A DNA stretch of 57,114 bases from an uncultured Acidobacteriota bacterium. GTDB taxonomy: Bacteria; Acidobacteriota; Terriglobia; Terriglobales; Acidobacteriaceae. A program made the translations under genes and the position numbers. Positions 44,678 through 54,886 of the stretch are shown piece after piece. Within the stretch, counting starts at the first letter, position 1, and each line of letters opens with the position of its first letter. The notes beneath the pieces were generated by a model. It was not told the DNA's origin. It was given only the letters and a program-made list of their open reading frames with translations, and did no database searches. The stretch is taken from contig CAILBQ010000461.1 in NCBI GenBank assembly GCA_903832475.1, forward strand, positions 1-57,114, in the 5' to 3' direction.

Positions 44678-47152
44678 CTACTGCTTCGGCAGGACCAGCA
44701 ACGTGATGGACTGGGCGGGAAAGGTTGCGGTGATGGTCGCGGTGGTGCTGCCGGTGGGTGGTGGGGTGATGGCGATGTCGGGTCGGGCGGTGATGGCGGC
44801 CAGGTTGGCGACGCTGTAGAGCCAGACCTTGGCCTTTGTGGCCTTGGTAGCCAGGTTTTGTAGCGAGATGGGGCCGGTGAGATCGCCGTAGGTCTTGTTG
44901 AGGACGAGCAGGGTGATAGCGTTGTCGCTGCTACGCTCGGCCCCGTAGATGGAAAGCTGGCCCTGGCTGGCGCTGGTCGATGTGAGGGACTGGTCGCCGA
45001 ACTGGGAACCGTTGCCGTCGTAGTTGCGAAAGACTTCGAAGGCCATCAGGCCGGGGACCTGCGAGGCAGGGTCGGGTGGTCCCCAAAGCGTGCCCAGATC
45101 GAGGCCTTCGCGACCGAAGATGCCGAGGATGTCGGCCTGGGCGAGTGCGCCGTTGATGTGTTCCTGGCCGCCCCAGTTGTATTCGGTGATAGCCGTCTTA
45201 GTGCCGGGGTAGGCGGCGTTGACCCAGGTGTGCATGGCGGGGATCAGCTGCGGAGCCTGCAGAGGCACTTTGCAGCTTGAGGTGAAATTGGCGTCGGTCG
45301 AGTAGTTGGGCTGCGGGTAGTTAGGGTCGGTGTAGGTGGGATCCCAGAAGACGCGGGTGGAATTGAGGCGGACCTGCTGCGCGCCGGTGTCGCCCGCGGT
45401 CGAGAAAGCGACGGAGCTGCCGTTGTAGTCGGCGGCGAAGTAGGTATGCAAGTCGAGGTAATCGAGCAGTCGCTGGCCATGGGCGGTTTCATAGGCCTGG
45501 AACTGCTGCAGGTAGTACTCGAGGAATGGAATGCCGCTGTGCGCCTTACGATCGACGGGGTTGTCCCAGGGCTGATAGCAGGGACCTGATCCCCAGCCGG
45601 ATTCGATGTCCTTCTTGGAGTAGAAATAATTCCACCAGTAGTCGACGACGGGTCCGCTGACGGCAGCGGTAGGATCGGCGGCCTTGATGGCCTGGGCGGT
45701 AGCGAGGCCGTTGTTAGTGACTTCGTCGTAGGTGGAGGGATTGGGGTGTACATCGCGATGTACGGCGTCCCACCAGCTAGGCTCATTGTCGAGGTCGTAG
45801 AAGGCGACGCCTCCATTGGCCGCGGTGCCGAATTTGCCAACCAGCGCAGTGACCCAGGCTCCTGCAAAGGAGGGGCCTACGGCAGTGCTGGTGAGAGTGG
45901 GGTCGTTGCCGGTAACGGCGCAGCCGCCGCTGCTGGTACAGCCGTTAACGCCCTGCGCATAGATTCCGTTGCCGCAACCCCGATTGGCCTCGACCTCCTG
46001 CTGGTTGGGATAGAGGGAGACGGGAAAGCTGCAGCTGGTAGCGTCTTTGGCCACCCAGCCGAGGACAGGGACGGTGCCCATGGTCTTGGTATGCGTCGCG
46101 GCATCGGCAGTGACCAGGTCGTCGAAGAAGCCGGTGGGACCCACAGCGTAGGAGCCTGATTCATTTTCGAAGTAGTAGTCGCCGGCGGCGTTGGTGTCCT
46201 TGAGCAGGTAGTTGTAGCGGGACGTGTTGTCGCCTCCCCAGCGGGCGACGGGTAGGCTGGTGGCTTTAGCGACGGAGGATTGGAGCTGATAGGCATCCAT
46301 GCCGTAGATGTCGGGATTGATGGCGTGGGTGATAGCGGAGGTATCGACGGTCATTGCGGGTGCGGCGGCGGTAGCGGGGGCGTTGAGGGTCAGGGTGGTG
46401 CTGCCGGAGACGGTTGCGTCCTGATTGCTGGTGGCGACGATGGTTACGGAGGCCGGCGCGGGAAAAGGCGTTGTGTAGAGACCGGTGCTGCTGAGTGTGC
46501 CGGGGCTCAGGGTGCTTCCGGGCGGTCCCAGCAGCGACCAGGTGACGGCGGAGCTGTGGTTTCCGTTGCCGGTGACGGTAGCGGTGAATTGCTGCGTCGC
46601 TCCGATGATGACGGAGGCTGTTGGGCCGGGAGCGACGGATACCGCGGTGATGGCGGGAGGGGCATAGGTCGCAAGCGCGGTGGTAGCGGCGTTCAATGTA
46701 ACGGTGCAGGCGGGAGTGTTGGCGGGGGCACAGCCGGTCCAGGATGCGAAGGTGTTACTGCCGGCTTTGGCGGGAGCGGTAAGAGTGACCGTCGTGCCGG
46801 AGTTGTAAGTTCGCGTGAAAGGCGCGGTACCGCTGGATGCTCCCGACTTATCCGCCGGAGAGACGGTGATGGAAACGCCGCTTGCTGGAGATGCGGTATT
46901 GACGGTGAGGGTGTAGGTGGCGGGCGGGGGTGGGGTGGAGGAGCCACCTCCGCCGCCACATGCGGTGAGCAGGACGAGGGGAACGAACCATGCGGCGGGA
47001 ACCAATCGTGGCGGGGTAGAGCGGGATGTTTGGGAAGTTCCTGGGAGTGTGGACTGGCGCTTTCTGGATGCGTTCACGAAGTTCTCCGCGTTCGACAGGC
47101 GCGCGGAGACTTGAAGGACAGAGCGCGCACCGAGAGCTTTCTGGAGTGACAA
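44678..47152 (-). CDS. Lipoprotein glycoside hydrolase family 44 with N-terminal Ig-like/InlB-B-type domains
   Basis: Lipobox LTAC; RWGG-x-x-x-SRYN, YDLDNEP-x-x-W-x-x-x-HRDVHP, LLDYLDLH-x-Y, AITEYNWG; the true start is probably downstream of 47152. Confidence 0.85.
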   Translation of the reverse strand: MSLQKALGARSVLQVSARLSNAENFVNASRKRQSTLPGTSQTSRSTPPRLVPAAWFVPLVLLTACGGGGGSSTPPPPATYTLTVNTASPASGVSITVSPADKSGASSGTAPFTRTYNSGTTVTLTAPAKAGSNTFASWTGCAPANTPACTVTLNAATTALATYAPPAITAVSVAPGPTASVIIGATQQFTATVTGNGNHSSAVTWSLLGPPGSTLSPGTLSSTGLYTTPFPAPASVTIVATSNQDATVSGSTTLTLNAPATAAAPAMTVDTSAITHAINPDIYGMDAYQLQSSVAKATSLPVARWGGDNTSRYNYLLKDTNAAGDYYFENESGSYAVGPTGFFDDLVTADAATHTKTMGTVPVLGWVAKDATSCSFPVSLYPNQQEVEANRGCGNGIYAQGVNGCTSSGGCAVTGNDPTLTSTAVGPSFAGAWVTALVGKFGTAANGGVAFYDLDNEPSWWDAVHRDVHPNPSTYDEVTNNGLATAQAIKAADPTAAVSGPVVDYWWNYFYSKKDIESGWGSGPCYQPWDNPVDRKAHSGIPFLEYYLQQFQAYETAHGQRLLDYLDLHTYFAADYNGSSVAFSTAGDTGAQQVRLNSTRVFWDPTYTDPNYPQPNYSTDANFTSSCKVPLQAPQLIPAMHTWVNAAYPGTKTAITEYNWGGQEHINGALAQADILGIFGREGLDLGTLWGPPDPASQVPGLMAFEVFRNYDGNGSQFGDQSLTSTSASQGQLSIYGAERSSDNAITLLVLNKTYGDLTGPISLQNLATKATKAKVWLYSVANLAAITARPDIAITPPPTGSTTATITATFPAQSITLLVLPKQ

Positions 47153-47193
47153 GCCATCTTACCCGGCGCGGGCTGCGCTGTGCGGAAACGTCA

Positions 47194-49344
47194 TCAGTGA
47201 GGCAGGTAAAGGTCGAGCCATTCGATCCAGCGGCGATAGACGTCGCGCATGCGGACGGGGTCTGCGGGGCTGTGGCCGCCGACGGGGTAGGCGTAGAACT
47301 CGGTCTTGACGCCGCGGTCTTTGAGGGCGTGGTAAAGCTCGTAGCCCTGGGTGATGGTGACGCGGTAGTCGCCGGTATCCTGGAGGACTAGGGTGGGCGT
47401 GACCATGTTTTTGTAATAGGTGATGGGGGACTGATCGACCCAGTGCTTCATCCAGTCACCGGTGTAGGGTGATCCGCCAATGGCGTTTGCGCGGGCGACG
47501 TTGGCGTCGGAGAGATTGTACTGATCGAGGAGATTGGTGACGGGGGCGCCCGCGATGGCGGCTTTCCAGAAGCCGGCGTGGCCGATGAGCCAACTGGTCA
47601 TATAGCCGCCGTAGCTCCAGCCGGTGACGGCGATGTTGGATTCGTCGACGATGCCGAGTTTCTTAAGGGCTTCAACGCCGGCAAGGACGTCACGGCCGGG
47701 GCCGTCACCGGAGTCGTCGACGATAGAGTGGGCGAAATCGTTCCCTTGGTTGTCGGAGCCGCGATAGTTAGGCTCCAAGACCAGCCAGCCTTGCGCGGCG
47801 ATCATCTGGGCGAAGATGTTGAAGCTGTCTTTGGAGGAAGAGGTGGGTCCGCCGTGGATGTAGAGAACGAGGGGGAGTTTCTTGCCGGGCTGGTAATTGG
47901 GCGGGTAGGTAAGGATGCCGTTGATGGGCCAGGATTTGGACGATTTCGCTGTCGGAGTCTTATCGGGGCTTTCCCAGTGCAGCACTTCGCTTTTGCCCAG
48001 AGTGAGGGCGGAGGTATCTTCGAAGGCGTCGTTGAAATGGGTGAGCTGGCGGGGCTGACTGGTGGGTGAGTCGAAGAGGTAGAGCTCGGTGGGATGGTGC
48101 GGGGCGCTGGCCAGGAAGCCGACCTGGCCTTGAGGACCGACGGCGGCGTCGAGCCAGAAGGCTCCGGCGAGGGAAAGGTTGCCGAGGGGCAGGCGAGTCG
48201 GTGAGCCACTTAGGGGATGGATCCAGAGGGCGGTGGTGGCGGCATCGTTGGCGCCGGTTACGATGGCCTGGCTGTCCGGCGTCCAGAGGGCGCGGAAGAC
48301 GTTGCGGTCGAGGGAGCGAGTGAGGTCGTCGCCATCGCCTTTCAGGCCCGCGGTGATGTAGATGTCGTTGTAGTTGCGATCCTGGCCGTCGCGCGGGTAG
48401 ATGTAGGCGACATGCTTGCCGTTGGGCGAGGGGACGGGGAAGCTGGCGTACTGGGTGTGGGTGGTGATGGGCTCGGAGGTTCCGGTGGCCAGGTCGAGAA
48501 GCTGCGGCGAACTCTGACGGCGGTCGCCGGAGTAGGTATTTTCGAGGCGGACGTAGATCAGCTTGGAGCCGTCGGGGGTGAAGGCGATAGGTGAAGCGGG
48601 CGGGCCGGGTGGGAAGGCGACGGGGAGCGTCCACGAGCCGGAGGTGAGGCGGCGGGAGGCATCCTTGGGACCTTCTTTCGAGCTGTCTTTTGGCTTGTCT
48701 TTGGAGGTATCGCTGGGATCGGGGATGCCGTTGGCGGGGACCATCCAGAGGTGCGTTGCGAGGGATTTTTCTTTTACGAGGAAGTCGTTATCGCCGACTT
48801 CGAAGGCGTCGTCGAACTTATCTGCGCCGGTTTTCTTGGGGGCTTCGTCGACGGCGGCGAATGCCAGGGCGGAACCGTCGGGCTTCCAGGCGAACTGCTG
48901 GATGGAGGTGGCGTGGTGAGTGACTTGCAGGGCGTCTCCACCGGCCATATCGAGAATGTAGATCTGGTTATGCTTGTCACTGTCCTGGGCGAGGAATGCG
49001 AGGCGATCTCCGCTGGGCGACCAGCGTGGGAAGGAGGCGGACTTGCGGTCGTGGGTGAGCGGGCGAGGCTTGCCGGTGGCGACGTCGAAAAGGGTGAGTT
49101 CGGCGACGTTGAGATCGTTTTCGTAGTCGGGGCGGGTGACCACGGCGACGATGGATTTGCCGTCGGGCGAGAACTGAGGATCGGAGATGCGCACGATCTT
49201 GCCCACCCAGGCGAGGTCGAAGGTGTGGCCGGGAGTTGCGGGGATGGGGAGTCGGGAAGGCGTCTGGGTCTGGCTTGCGGCGGACAGAGATAAGAGCAGG
49301 AGCAGAGACGGGGTGGCGAATGGCTTCAGGAAAGCAAAGGGCAT
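47194..49344 (-). CDS. S9-family peptidase (dipeptidyl aminopeptidase/acylaminoacyl peptidase)
   Basis: PD40-like SPDG repeats, IHGGP, NYRGS, GWSYGG, D-x-RV and GGH; signal peptide. Confidence 0.95.
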   Translation of the reverse strand: MPFAFLKPFATPSLLLLLSLSAASQTQTPSRLPIPATPGHTFDLAWVGKIVRISDPQFSPDGKSIVAVVTRPDYENDLNVAELTLFDVATGKPRPLTHDRKSASFPRWSPSGDRLAFLAQDSDKHNQIYILDMAGGDALQVTHHATSIQQFAWKPDGSALAFAAVDEAPKKTGADKFDDAFEVGDNDFLVKEKSLATHLWMVPANGIPDPSDTSKDKPKDSSKEGPKDASRRLTSGSWTLPVAFPPGPPASPIAFTPDGSKLIYVRLENTYSGDRRQSSPQLLDLATGTSEPITTHTQYASFPVPSPNGKHVAYIYPRDGQDRNYNDIYITAGLKGDGDDLTRSLDRNVFRALWTPDSQAIVTGANDAATTALWIHPLSGSPTRLPLGNLSLAGAFWLDAAVGPQGQVGFLASAPHHPTELYLFDSPTSQPRQLTHFNDAFEDTSALTLGKSEVLHWESPDKTPTAKSSKSWPINGILTYPPNYQPGKKLPLVLYIHGGPTSSSKDSFNIFAQMIAAQGWLVLEPNYRGSDNQGNDFAHSIVDDSGDGPGRDVLAGVEALKKLGIVDESNIAVTGWSYGGYMTSWLIGHAGFWKAAIAGAPVTNLLDQYNLSDANVARANAIGGSPYTGDWMKHWVDQSPITYYKNMVTPTLVLQDTGDYRVTITQGYELYHALKDRGVKTEFYAYPVGGHSPADPVRMRDVYRRWIEWLDLYLPH

Positions 49345-49706
49345 GGAAGGCCTCGGAGCGGGATGATGCGGAGCTTGGAGTGACTATACAGGAGGGTCCT
49401 CAAGATGAATGGCGTTTCGAGGTAGCAGCCAGCCCTTGAGACGAGCGACCGGCAGAGATGACGGCCAGGGAAATCCCGAGAGCGGCCCTAAGGCTACCGA
49501 CAGAAGCCTGGTTCTGCCTGCTGGTGGATGGGGAATCTGTTCAGTCTGGCTTTTCAGTGGGCGTGAATTGCTGCAAGGCGGGGAGGAAGATGCGGGCGCT
49601 CACAGATGGGAACCGAGCTTGCATTGCCACGTGCCAGATGAGCGCAAGACGCTTTGCCAATTTGATTCGCAGTTGCCTTCGAGTGGGCGCAGGTTTTCGC
49701 GGAGGA

Positions 49707-50276
49707 TCAAGAGCCGAGTGAAGCGGCAGGTGGAAAGACGAGTTCCCCTTCGCCGCAGGGCTCCTGAAAGCTTCGCAGGTAGGTGTCGAGAATTTCGTTG
49801 GTGACGGGGAAGGCGGCGTTGGCGTCGAAGCGGTTGCGGCGTTCTCGCAGGCGAGCGCGGAGTTCAGCAGGATCGGCTTTGAGATAGAGCAGGATCCAGC
49901 GACGGTGGTGAGATTCGATGAGGCGCTTGTAGTGGGAGCGGGTGTCCTGGCTCCAGAAACTGTTGTCGATGACGACCGGTGATCGTTGAGGCAGAAGCGC
50001 CTCCAATTGTGCTTCGACGGACGCTGCGGCGATTCTTTGCAGGCGCGAATATTCGGCGGAAGGATAGTCGATGCCATAGCGACCAAAGTCGTTCCAGATT
50101 TGTTCGTCAATGGAGAGGCGATGAAAGCCGTTGGATTGGAGGAAGGCAGCCGCAGTAGTCTTGCCGGCTCCGGCAACGCCGCACATGAGCACGATGGCGT
50201 CGCTGGGGATTTGGCCGATGGCAAGGAGATGACGCAGCCAAACGAGGATTTTGCGATCGTCCTTCATCGGCACCAT
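49707..50276 (-). CDS. P-loop kinase (AAA_33-like)
   Basis: GVAGAGKTT, RLSIDE, VVID-x-SFW, L-x-x-RL-x-x-R, FQEP. Confidence 0.85.
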   Translation of the reverse strand: MVPMKDDRKILVWLRHLLAIGQIPSDAIVLMCGVAGAGKTTAAAFLQSNGFHRLSIDEQIWNDFGRYGIDYPSAEYSRLQRIAAASVEAQLEALLPQRSPVVIDNSFWSQDTRSHYKRLIESHHRRWILLYLKADPAELRARLRERRNRFDANAAFPVTNEILDTYLRSFQEPCGEGELVFPPAASLGS

Positions 50277-50326
50277 CGTATAAGAACCGCCAATAGGTCT
50301 TCCGATCAGCGGCTGTGTTGCGGACT

Positions 50327-52831
50327 CTACTGGCGGAGGGTGACGGTGGTGGCGCCGGCGCCGCCTTCCTGGTGGGTGGGCTCCTGGATTCCTGCGACGT
50401 GAGGGTGGGTGCGGAGGTATTCGCGCAGGGCGCGGCGGAGGATGCCCATGCCGGTGCCGTGGATCACGCGGATGGTGGGCAGGCCGGCCAGGAAGGCCTG
50501 GTCGAGGTACTTTTCGAGGTCGTGGGTGGCTTCGTCGACGGTGCGGCCGATGAGGTTAATTTCGCTGCGCATGTCTTCAGAGCCGGAGCTGGTGACGGTG
50601 ACGCGAACGCCTTTCTGGCGGGCTACGGCGTCGAGAGGTTTTTCGGTGGGCAGGGGCTTGCCGGCGGGGGCGACCACTTCGGCGATGTCGTCGCGCTTGA
50701 TGCGCATTTTAAGGGCGCCGAGGGAGACTTCGTAAAGATCCTTCTCGAGTTCGCGGGCGATGGTGACGATCTTGTTGCCGAGGTTCGAGGACGACTTGAT
50801 GCGGACCTGGTCGCCGATGCCGACCTGTTTGACGACGTGGGGCTGTGCGTTGGGATCGCCCTTGTCGGCGCCAGAGCGGTGGGCGACGACGGTGGAGTTG
50901 AATTGCTCTTCGAAGTCGCGGCGGAGGCGTTGAATGCGGCGTTCAGCGTCTTTGGAGAGCTTGAGCTGGGCGGTGCGGTCGTCGATGGCGGCGACGGCCT
51001 GGCGCATCTGGAATTCGAAGTCCTTCATCAGCGAAGCGAGCTGCTTTTCGAGGTCGCGGGTGCGCTGCTTGAGTTCGACATCGCCTTCGCGGGCGAGGCG
51101 GGCACGTTCGAGGTTGAGGGCGTATTTTTCTTCGCGGGCTGACTTGCGCTCGGCTTCGAGTTCGGTGAGCTGCTTGTGGAGGTTTTCGAGGAAGCGGGCG
51201 ATGTCCGCCTGCTGGGTACCCATGCGGTCGCGGGCGGCCGAAACGATGGCGGGGTTAAGGCCGAGGCGTTCGGCGGTCTGGATGCCGGCGCTGGCTCCGG
51301 GGACGCCGAGACGGAGCTGGTAGTTGGGGATGAGCGTGGTTTCATCGACGCCGGCGGCGGCATTCAAAACGCCGGGAGTGTTGGCGGCGTATACCTTGAG
51401 GCTGGTGTGGTGGGTCGAGATGAGGGACCAGGACTGGGTATTCAGAAAGAAGGACGCGACGGCGACGGCGAGGGCGGAGCCTTCGTCGGGGTCGGTGGCG
51501 GAGCCGAGCTCGTCGAGGAAGATGAGGGCGGTGGGCGTGGCAAGGCGAGAGAGGCGGTCGAGGTTGAGGATGTGGGCGGAGAAGGTGGAGAGGCCCTGTT
51601 CGATCGACTGAGTGTCGCCGATGTCCGCCAGAAAGGCGGAGAAAATGGGCTGAGTCGCGGCGGACGCGGGGACGGGTATGCCGGCCTGGGCCATGAGGGC
51701 GCAGAGGGCCGTCGTCTTCAGGGTGACGGTTTTGCCGCCGGTGTTGGGGCCCGAAATGATCAGCTGGCGGGCGGTGGATTGTAATTCCAGGGTGAAAGGG
51801 ACGATCTTGCCGCCGGTCGTTTTGAGGCGCTTTTCCAGCAAGGGATGCCGGGCGGATTCGAGGCGAAAAGCTTCCTGAGAGAAGACTGGGCGGGTGCAGT
51901 CGTAGGCCAGGGCGAAGCGGGCGCGGGCCTGCAGCGTGTCGACCAGGGCGAGTACGCGGGCGCCGGCGACCAGGGCTGGCGCGTACGTACCCACTAGCGC
52001 GGTGAGGGCGATGAAGATGCGGTGGATTTCGGCCTGCTCTTCTTCGAGGAGGCGGACGAGCTCGTTGTTCTGCTCGATGGTTTCGAGAGGCTCGACGTAG
52101 ACCGTCTGTCCCGACGAACTCGCTCCGTGGACGACTCCGGAGACGCGGCGCTTCTGCTCGGCTTTGACGGGGATAACGAAGCGGTCGCCGCGGATGGTGA
52201 TGAGGTCGTCCTGGGTCTGGTTGTCGGAGGAGAGCTTGCGCAGGGCGGCGCGGAGAGATTCCTCGATGACGCGCTGCTGGCGGATCTGTTCGCTGCGGAT
52301 GCGGGAGAGCTCAGGGCTGGCGTCGTCGGCCAGGGTGCCGTCGGGGAGCAGCTTGCGCTGGATGGCTTCGGCGAGCGGGGCGGTGTTTTGCGCGAGGGCG
52401 GAAGAAAGTTCAAGCAGGCCGGGGATGTTATTGATTGCCTGGGCAGGCGGGTTGCGGAGCAGGGACTGCCAGGCGGCGATGTCATTAGCGATGCGGGCGA
52501 TGGCCTGTAGTTCGTCAGGCTCGAGGGCGGCGGTGGGGATCTGAGATTTGGCTGCGAGTTGGGTGGGATCGAAAAGCCCGCCGAGTGGGATGCTTGCGGC
52601 GGAATCGAGCAGGATGCGCAGTTCCTGGATGAGCTGGTGCTGGCGGTTGATCCAGTCGAGGTCGGTGGAAGGTGTGAGCGCGAGCAGGCCTTCCCTGCCC
52701 ACGCGGGAGATGGCGAAGCCGGCGACGAGGGCGAGCAGGGGCGGCCACTCGAGAGCGTCGGCGTCGAGATGCTCGACGGGGAGCGGCGTGGGCTCAAGCA
52801 GGGTTTCGAGTTGGGGATCAAGCACAGACAT
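50327..52831 (-). CDS. mutS2: Endonuclease MutS2
   Basis: GVVHGASSSGQTVYVEP, ISGPNTGGKT, DELGSATDP, coiled coil, C-terminal Smr domain IHGTGMGILR. Confidence 0.97.
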   Translation of the reverse strand: MSVLDPQLETLLEPTPLPVEHLDADALEWPPLLALVAGFAISRVGREGLLALTPSTDLDWINRQHQLIQELRILLDSAASIPLGGLFDPTQLAAKSQIPTAALEPDELQAIARIANDIAAWQSLLRNPPAQAINNIPGLLELSSALAQNTAPLAEAIQRKLLPDGTLADDASPELSRIRSEQIRQQRVIEESLRAALRKLSSDNQTQDDLITIRGDRFVIPVKAEQKRRVSGVVHGASSSGQTVYVEPLETIEQNNELVRLLEEEQAEIHRIFIALTALVGTYAPALVAGARVLALVDTLQARARFALAYDCTRPVFSQEAFRLESARHPLLEKRLKTTGGKIVPFTLELQSTARQLIISGPNTGGKTVTLKTTALCALMAQAGIPVPASAATQPIFSAFLADIGDTQSIEQGLSTFSAHILNLDRLSRLATPTALIFLDELGSATDPDEGSALAVAVASFFLNTQSWSLISTHHTSLKVYAANTPGVLNAAAGVDETTLIPNYQLRLGVPGASAGIQTAERLGLNPAIVSAARDRMGTQQADIARFLENLHKQLTELEAERKSAREEKYALNLERARLAREGDVELKQRTRDLEKQLASLMKDFEFQMRQAVAAIDDRTAQLKLSKDAERRIQRLRRDFEEQFNSTVVAHRSGADKGDPNAQPHVVKQVGIGDQVRIKSSSNLGNKIVTIARELEKDLYEVSLGALKMRIKRDDIAEVVAPAGKPLPTEKPLDAVARQKGVRVTVTSSGSEDMRSEINLIGRTVDEATHDLEKYLDQAFLAGLPTIRVIHGTGMGILRRALREYLRTHPHVAGIQEPTHQEGGAGATTVTLRQ

Positions 52832-53025
52832 CTGACTCTATGGTAGCGGTTTACGCAGGTGGCGAAATGAATGCGAGTTGTTGGCGAAAATTTGGCTGAG
52901 TGCGGAAGAAGAAAACTGTGGTGAGCCTGGATGGTGGGTCGGTTCGCACGAGATTCGACCCATGAAACCTGAACCACTGAAGGAGAGTATGGAGGAGCCT
53001 GCATGGAGGCACTCTTCGTCAGTTC

Positions 53026-54093
53026 TCAGCGGGGGTTGAATTTTGACGAGATGCGCAAGGGTGCTTCCATCTGGAAGGGAATGCCATTGATGACCAGCGG
53101 CTTGAACTGGAAAGTCAGAGCGCGCCGCAGGACGGAGTCCTGGGTGGCGTAGAGGTCTGCCCCGTTATCGGAGGTGGCGCGATAGGCTTCGCGGACATGC
53201 CCGCTGCGGTCGGTGCGGACGTAGATGGTCAGGGAATCGTTTGCCTGCGGGACGTGGAGGCTCGCATCGGAAGGGTAAAGGAGCAGAGAGCGAGCCCGGG
53301 ATTCAGAAACCAGCGTGGTGAGCATCTGTCGTGGAGGCAGTGTCAATTCGCGGGTCTTGAGCAGTTTTTCGTCGGCTTGGGCAAGGCGCTCCAGGCGGAT
53401 GATATGCCCGCGAAGTCGCAATTTTGCAGGGAGCGCGTTGACCAGCGTATAGGGAACCAGTTGCGGTCCGAATGGAGCGAAATCGTCAAACCAGATGGAG
53501 CGCGAAAAGCTCAAAGTGCTGACTATTTTCGGCTCGGCATCCTGGAAGCAGATGCGCTCCATGCGGGCGGGGTCCTGTTCCTGGGCTGGGGTGTCGGACA
53601 CAGCCGAAAGAGCAGGGTCGGCGGTTGAGATGCAGGCATGGGCAGCGGTGCCGATCGGGATGGCGCCCGGCACTTTGCGCAGGGCGTTGAGACTGGGGAC
53701 AGGATTGAGCAGAGCGTCGACAAAATTCTGGATCCAGCGCGGATAAAAGCCGCCGGTGTCGTGTTCTTCGACCACCGAACCATTGACGATGCGGATCTGG
53801 GAGAAATCGCGAGAGCGGATCACGATCCGGTAGGTTACGGCGTTCAGCCAGAAGAGTTCAATCTGAGCGGACATGTCTGCCGGCGCGTGCTCTGGCGGCG
53901 CAATGGAAAGCACGAGATGAAAGGGTTGCTCTCCCTGCGTGAGTGAACACACGTGCAGGGCGCGGTCTATGGCGACTGCGTTGGGGAGGCTGGGGTCGGC
54001 GGGCGGGAAGTATGTCTGCAAGGCACAGCCACAAAGCAAAAAAAAGGCAATTGAAGCAGTACCTGGCAGGATGAGCGTCAACAAGCGGCGCAT
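53026..54093 (-). CDS. Hypothetical lipoprotein with TonB_C-like C-terminus
   Basis: Lipobox-like LCGC; PFHL...W...R; C-terminal DRSG-x-VREA...FQFKPLVING-x-P-x-QME. Confidence 0.65.
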   Translation of the reverse strand: MRRLLTLILPGTASIAFFLLCGCALQTYFPPADPSLPNAVAIDRALHVCSLTQGEQPFHLVLSIAPPEHAPADMSAQIELFWLNAVTYRIVIRSRDFSQIRIVNGSVVEEHDTGGFYPRWIQNFVDALLNPVPSLNALRKVPGAIPIGTAAHACISTADPALSAVSDTPAQEQDPARMERICFQDAEPKIVSTLSFSRSIWFDDFAPFGPQLVPYTLVNALPAKLRLRGHIIRLERLAQADEKLLKTRELTLPPRQMLTTLVSESRARSLLLYPSDASLHVPQANDSLTIYVRTDRSGHVREAYRATSDNGADLYATQDSVLRRALTFQFKPLVINGIPFQMEAPLRISSKFNPR

Positions 54094-54272
54094 GCCGGGA
54101 TAGTACTACCTGGGTGAGCTATTTCAAGCAGGGTGTTACCAAGGAGTTGAGGTAACCTGCTTCTTTGCGGGGGTTTAAAGCTGCCAGACGCGCAGGGAAC
54201 TGCCGGGAATCCGCCTGCGTATGGACAGAAAGAGAGTCTACGCGGCAGCTGGGCTGCGCGTTGGAGGCGCTT

Positions 54273-54805
54273 ATGTATTGCAGTCAATGCGGACAGGCGT
54301 TGGTGGCTGGACAGGCGTTCTGTCCACGATGTGGACAGGCAAGTGAGATGCACATGGCAGCGGGAGCTCCGCAGCCGGCAGCCAACCCGTATGGGCAATT
54401 CCCGATTGCGCAGGTGGAGCGTCGGGTGAATGCGCTGGGCGTGGCGTGGCTGGTGTATGCCGGGCTGATCGCGGTGACGGGTTTTTTCGGACTGGCTTTT
54501 GCGCAGGCGTTCATGACGCACATGCGACCGTGGCAGCATGGCATGTGGCATGCGTGGGAAGGGCCGTTCATGCCGGGATTCTTCCTCCGGTTTGCCTGGA
54601 TTGCGATTGGGCTGAGGCTGGGATTGGCGCTGGCGGCGGGATACGGGTTACTGCAGAAGGCTCGCTGGGCAAGGCCGGTAGCCATTGTGGCGGCGATCCT
54701 TTCCCTGATTCATTTGCCGTTCGGGACGGTGATTGCGGTGTGACGCTGGTGGTCATGCTGAGTGCGCCGAATGTGATGGGGTGGGAGATGATGGCGCGGG
54801 ACTAG
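54273..54805 (+). pseudogene. Zinc-ribbon membrane protein with a 1-bp frameshift near 54741
   Basis: MYCSQCG...FCPRCG; reading frame stops at PFGTVIAV* while the hydrophobic continuation TLVVMLSAPN...RD lies in another frame. Confidence 0.7.
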
Positions 54806-54886
54806 TGGAGGGACGGGGGAAGGGGAACAGGGAGACGTTGACGGGGATCACAGGACGAGCGTTGACGGGCGGGCTAGAATCTTGGG

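Noticed and set aside
31181-49344. TonB receptor plus hydrolases as a polysaccharide utilisation locus
   Set aside because: Genes are interspersed with unrelated functions (folK, VWA, acyltransferase, patatin), and no dedicated regulator or sugar transporter is present
49345-49706. 360-bp intergenic stretch as ncRNA or gene remnant
   Set aside because: No recognisable RNA motif or protein family in any frame; cannot be supported without a search
52832-53025. Hairpin TGGGTCGG...TCGACCCA and RBS-like AAGGAGAGT-ATG mini-ORF upstream of mutS2
   Set aside because: Single modest hairpin and a 16-codon ORF running into a convergent gene; no independent support
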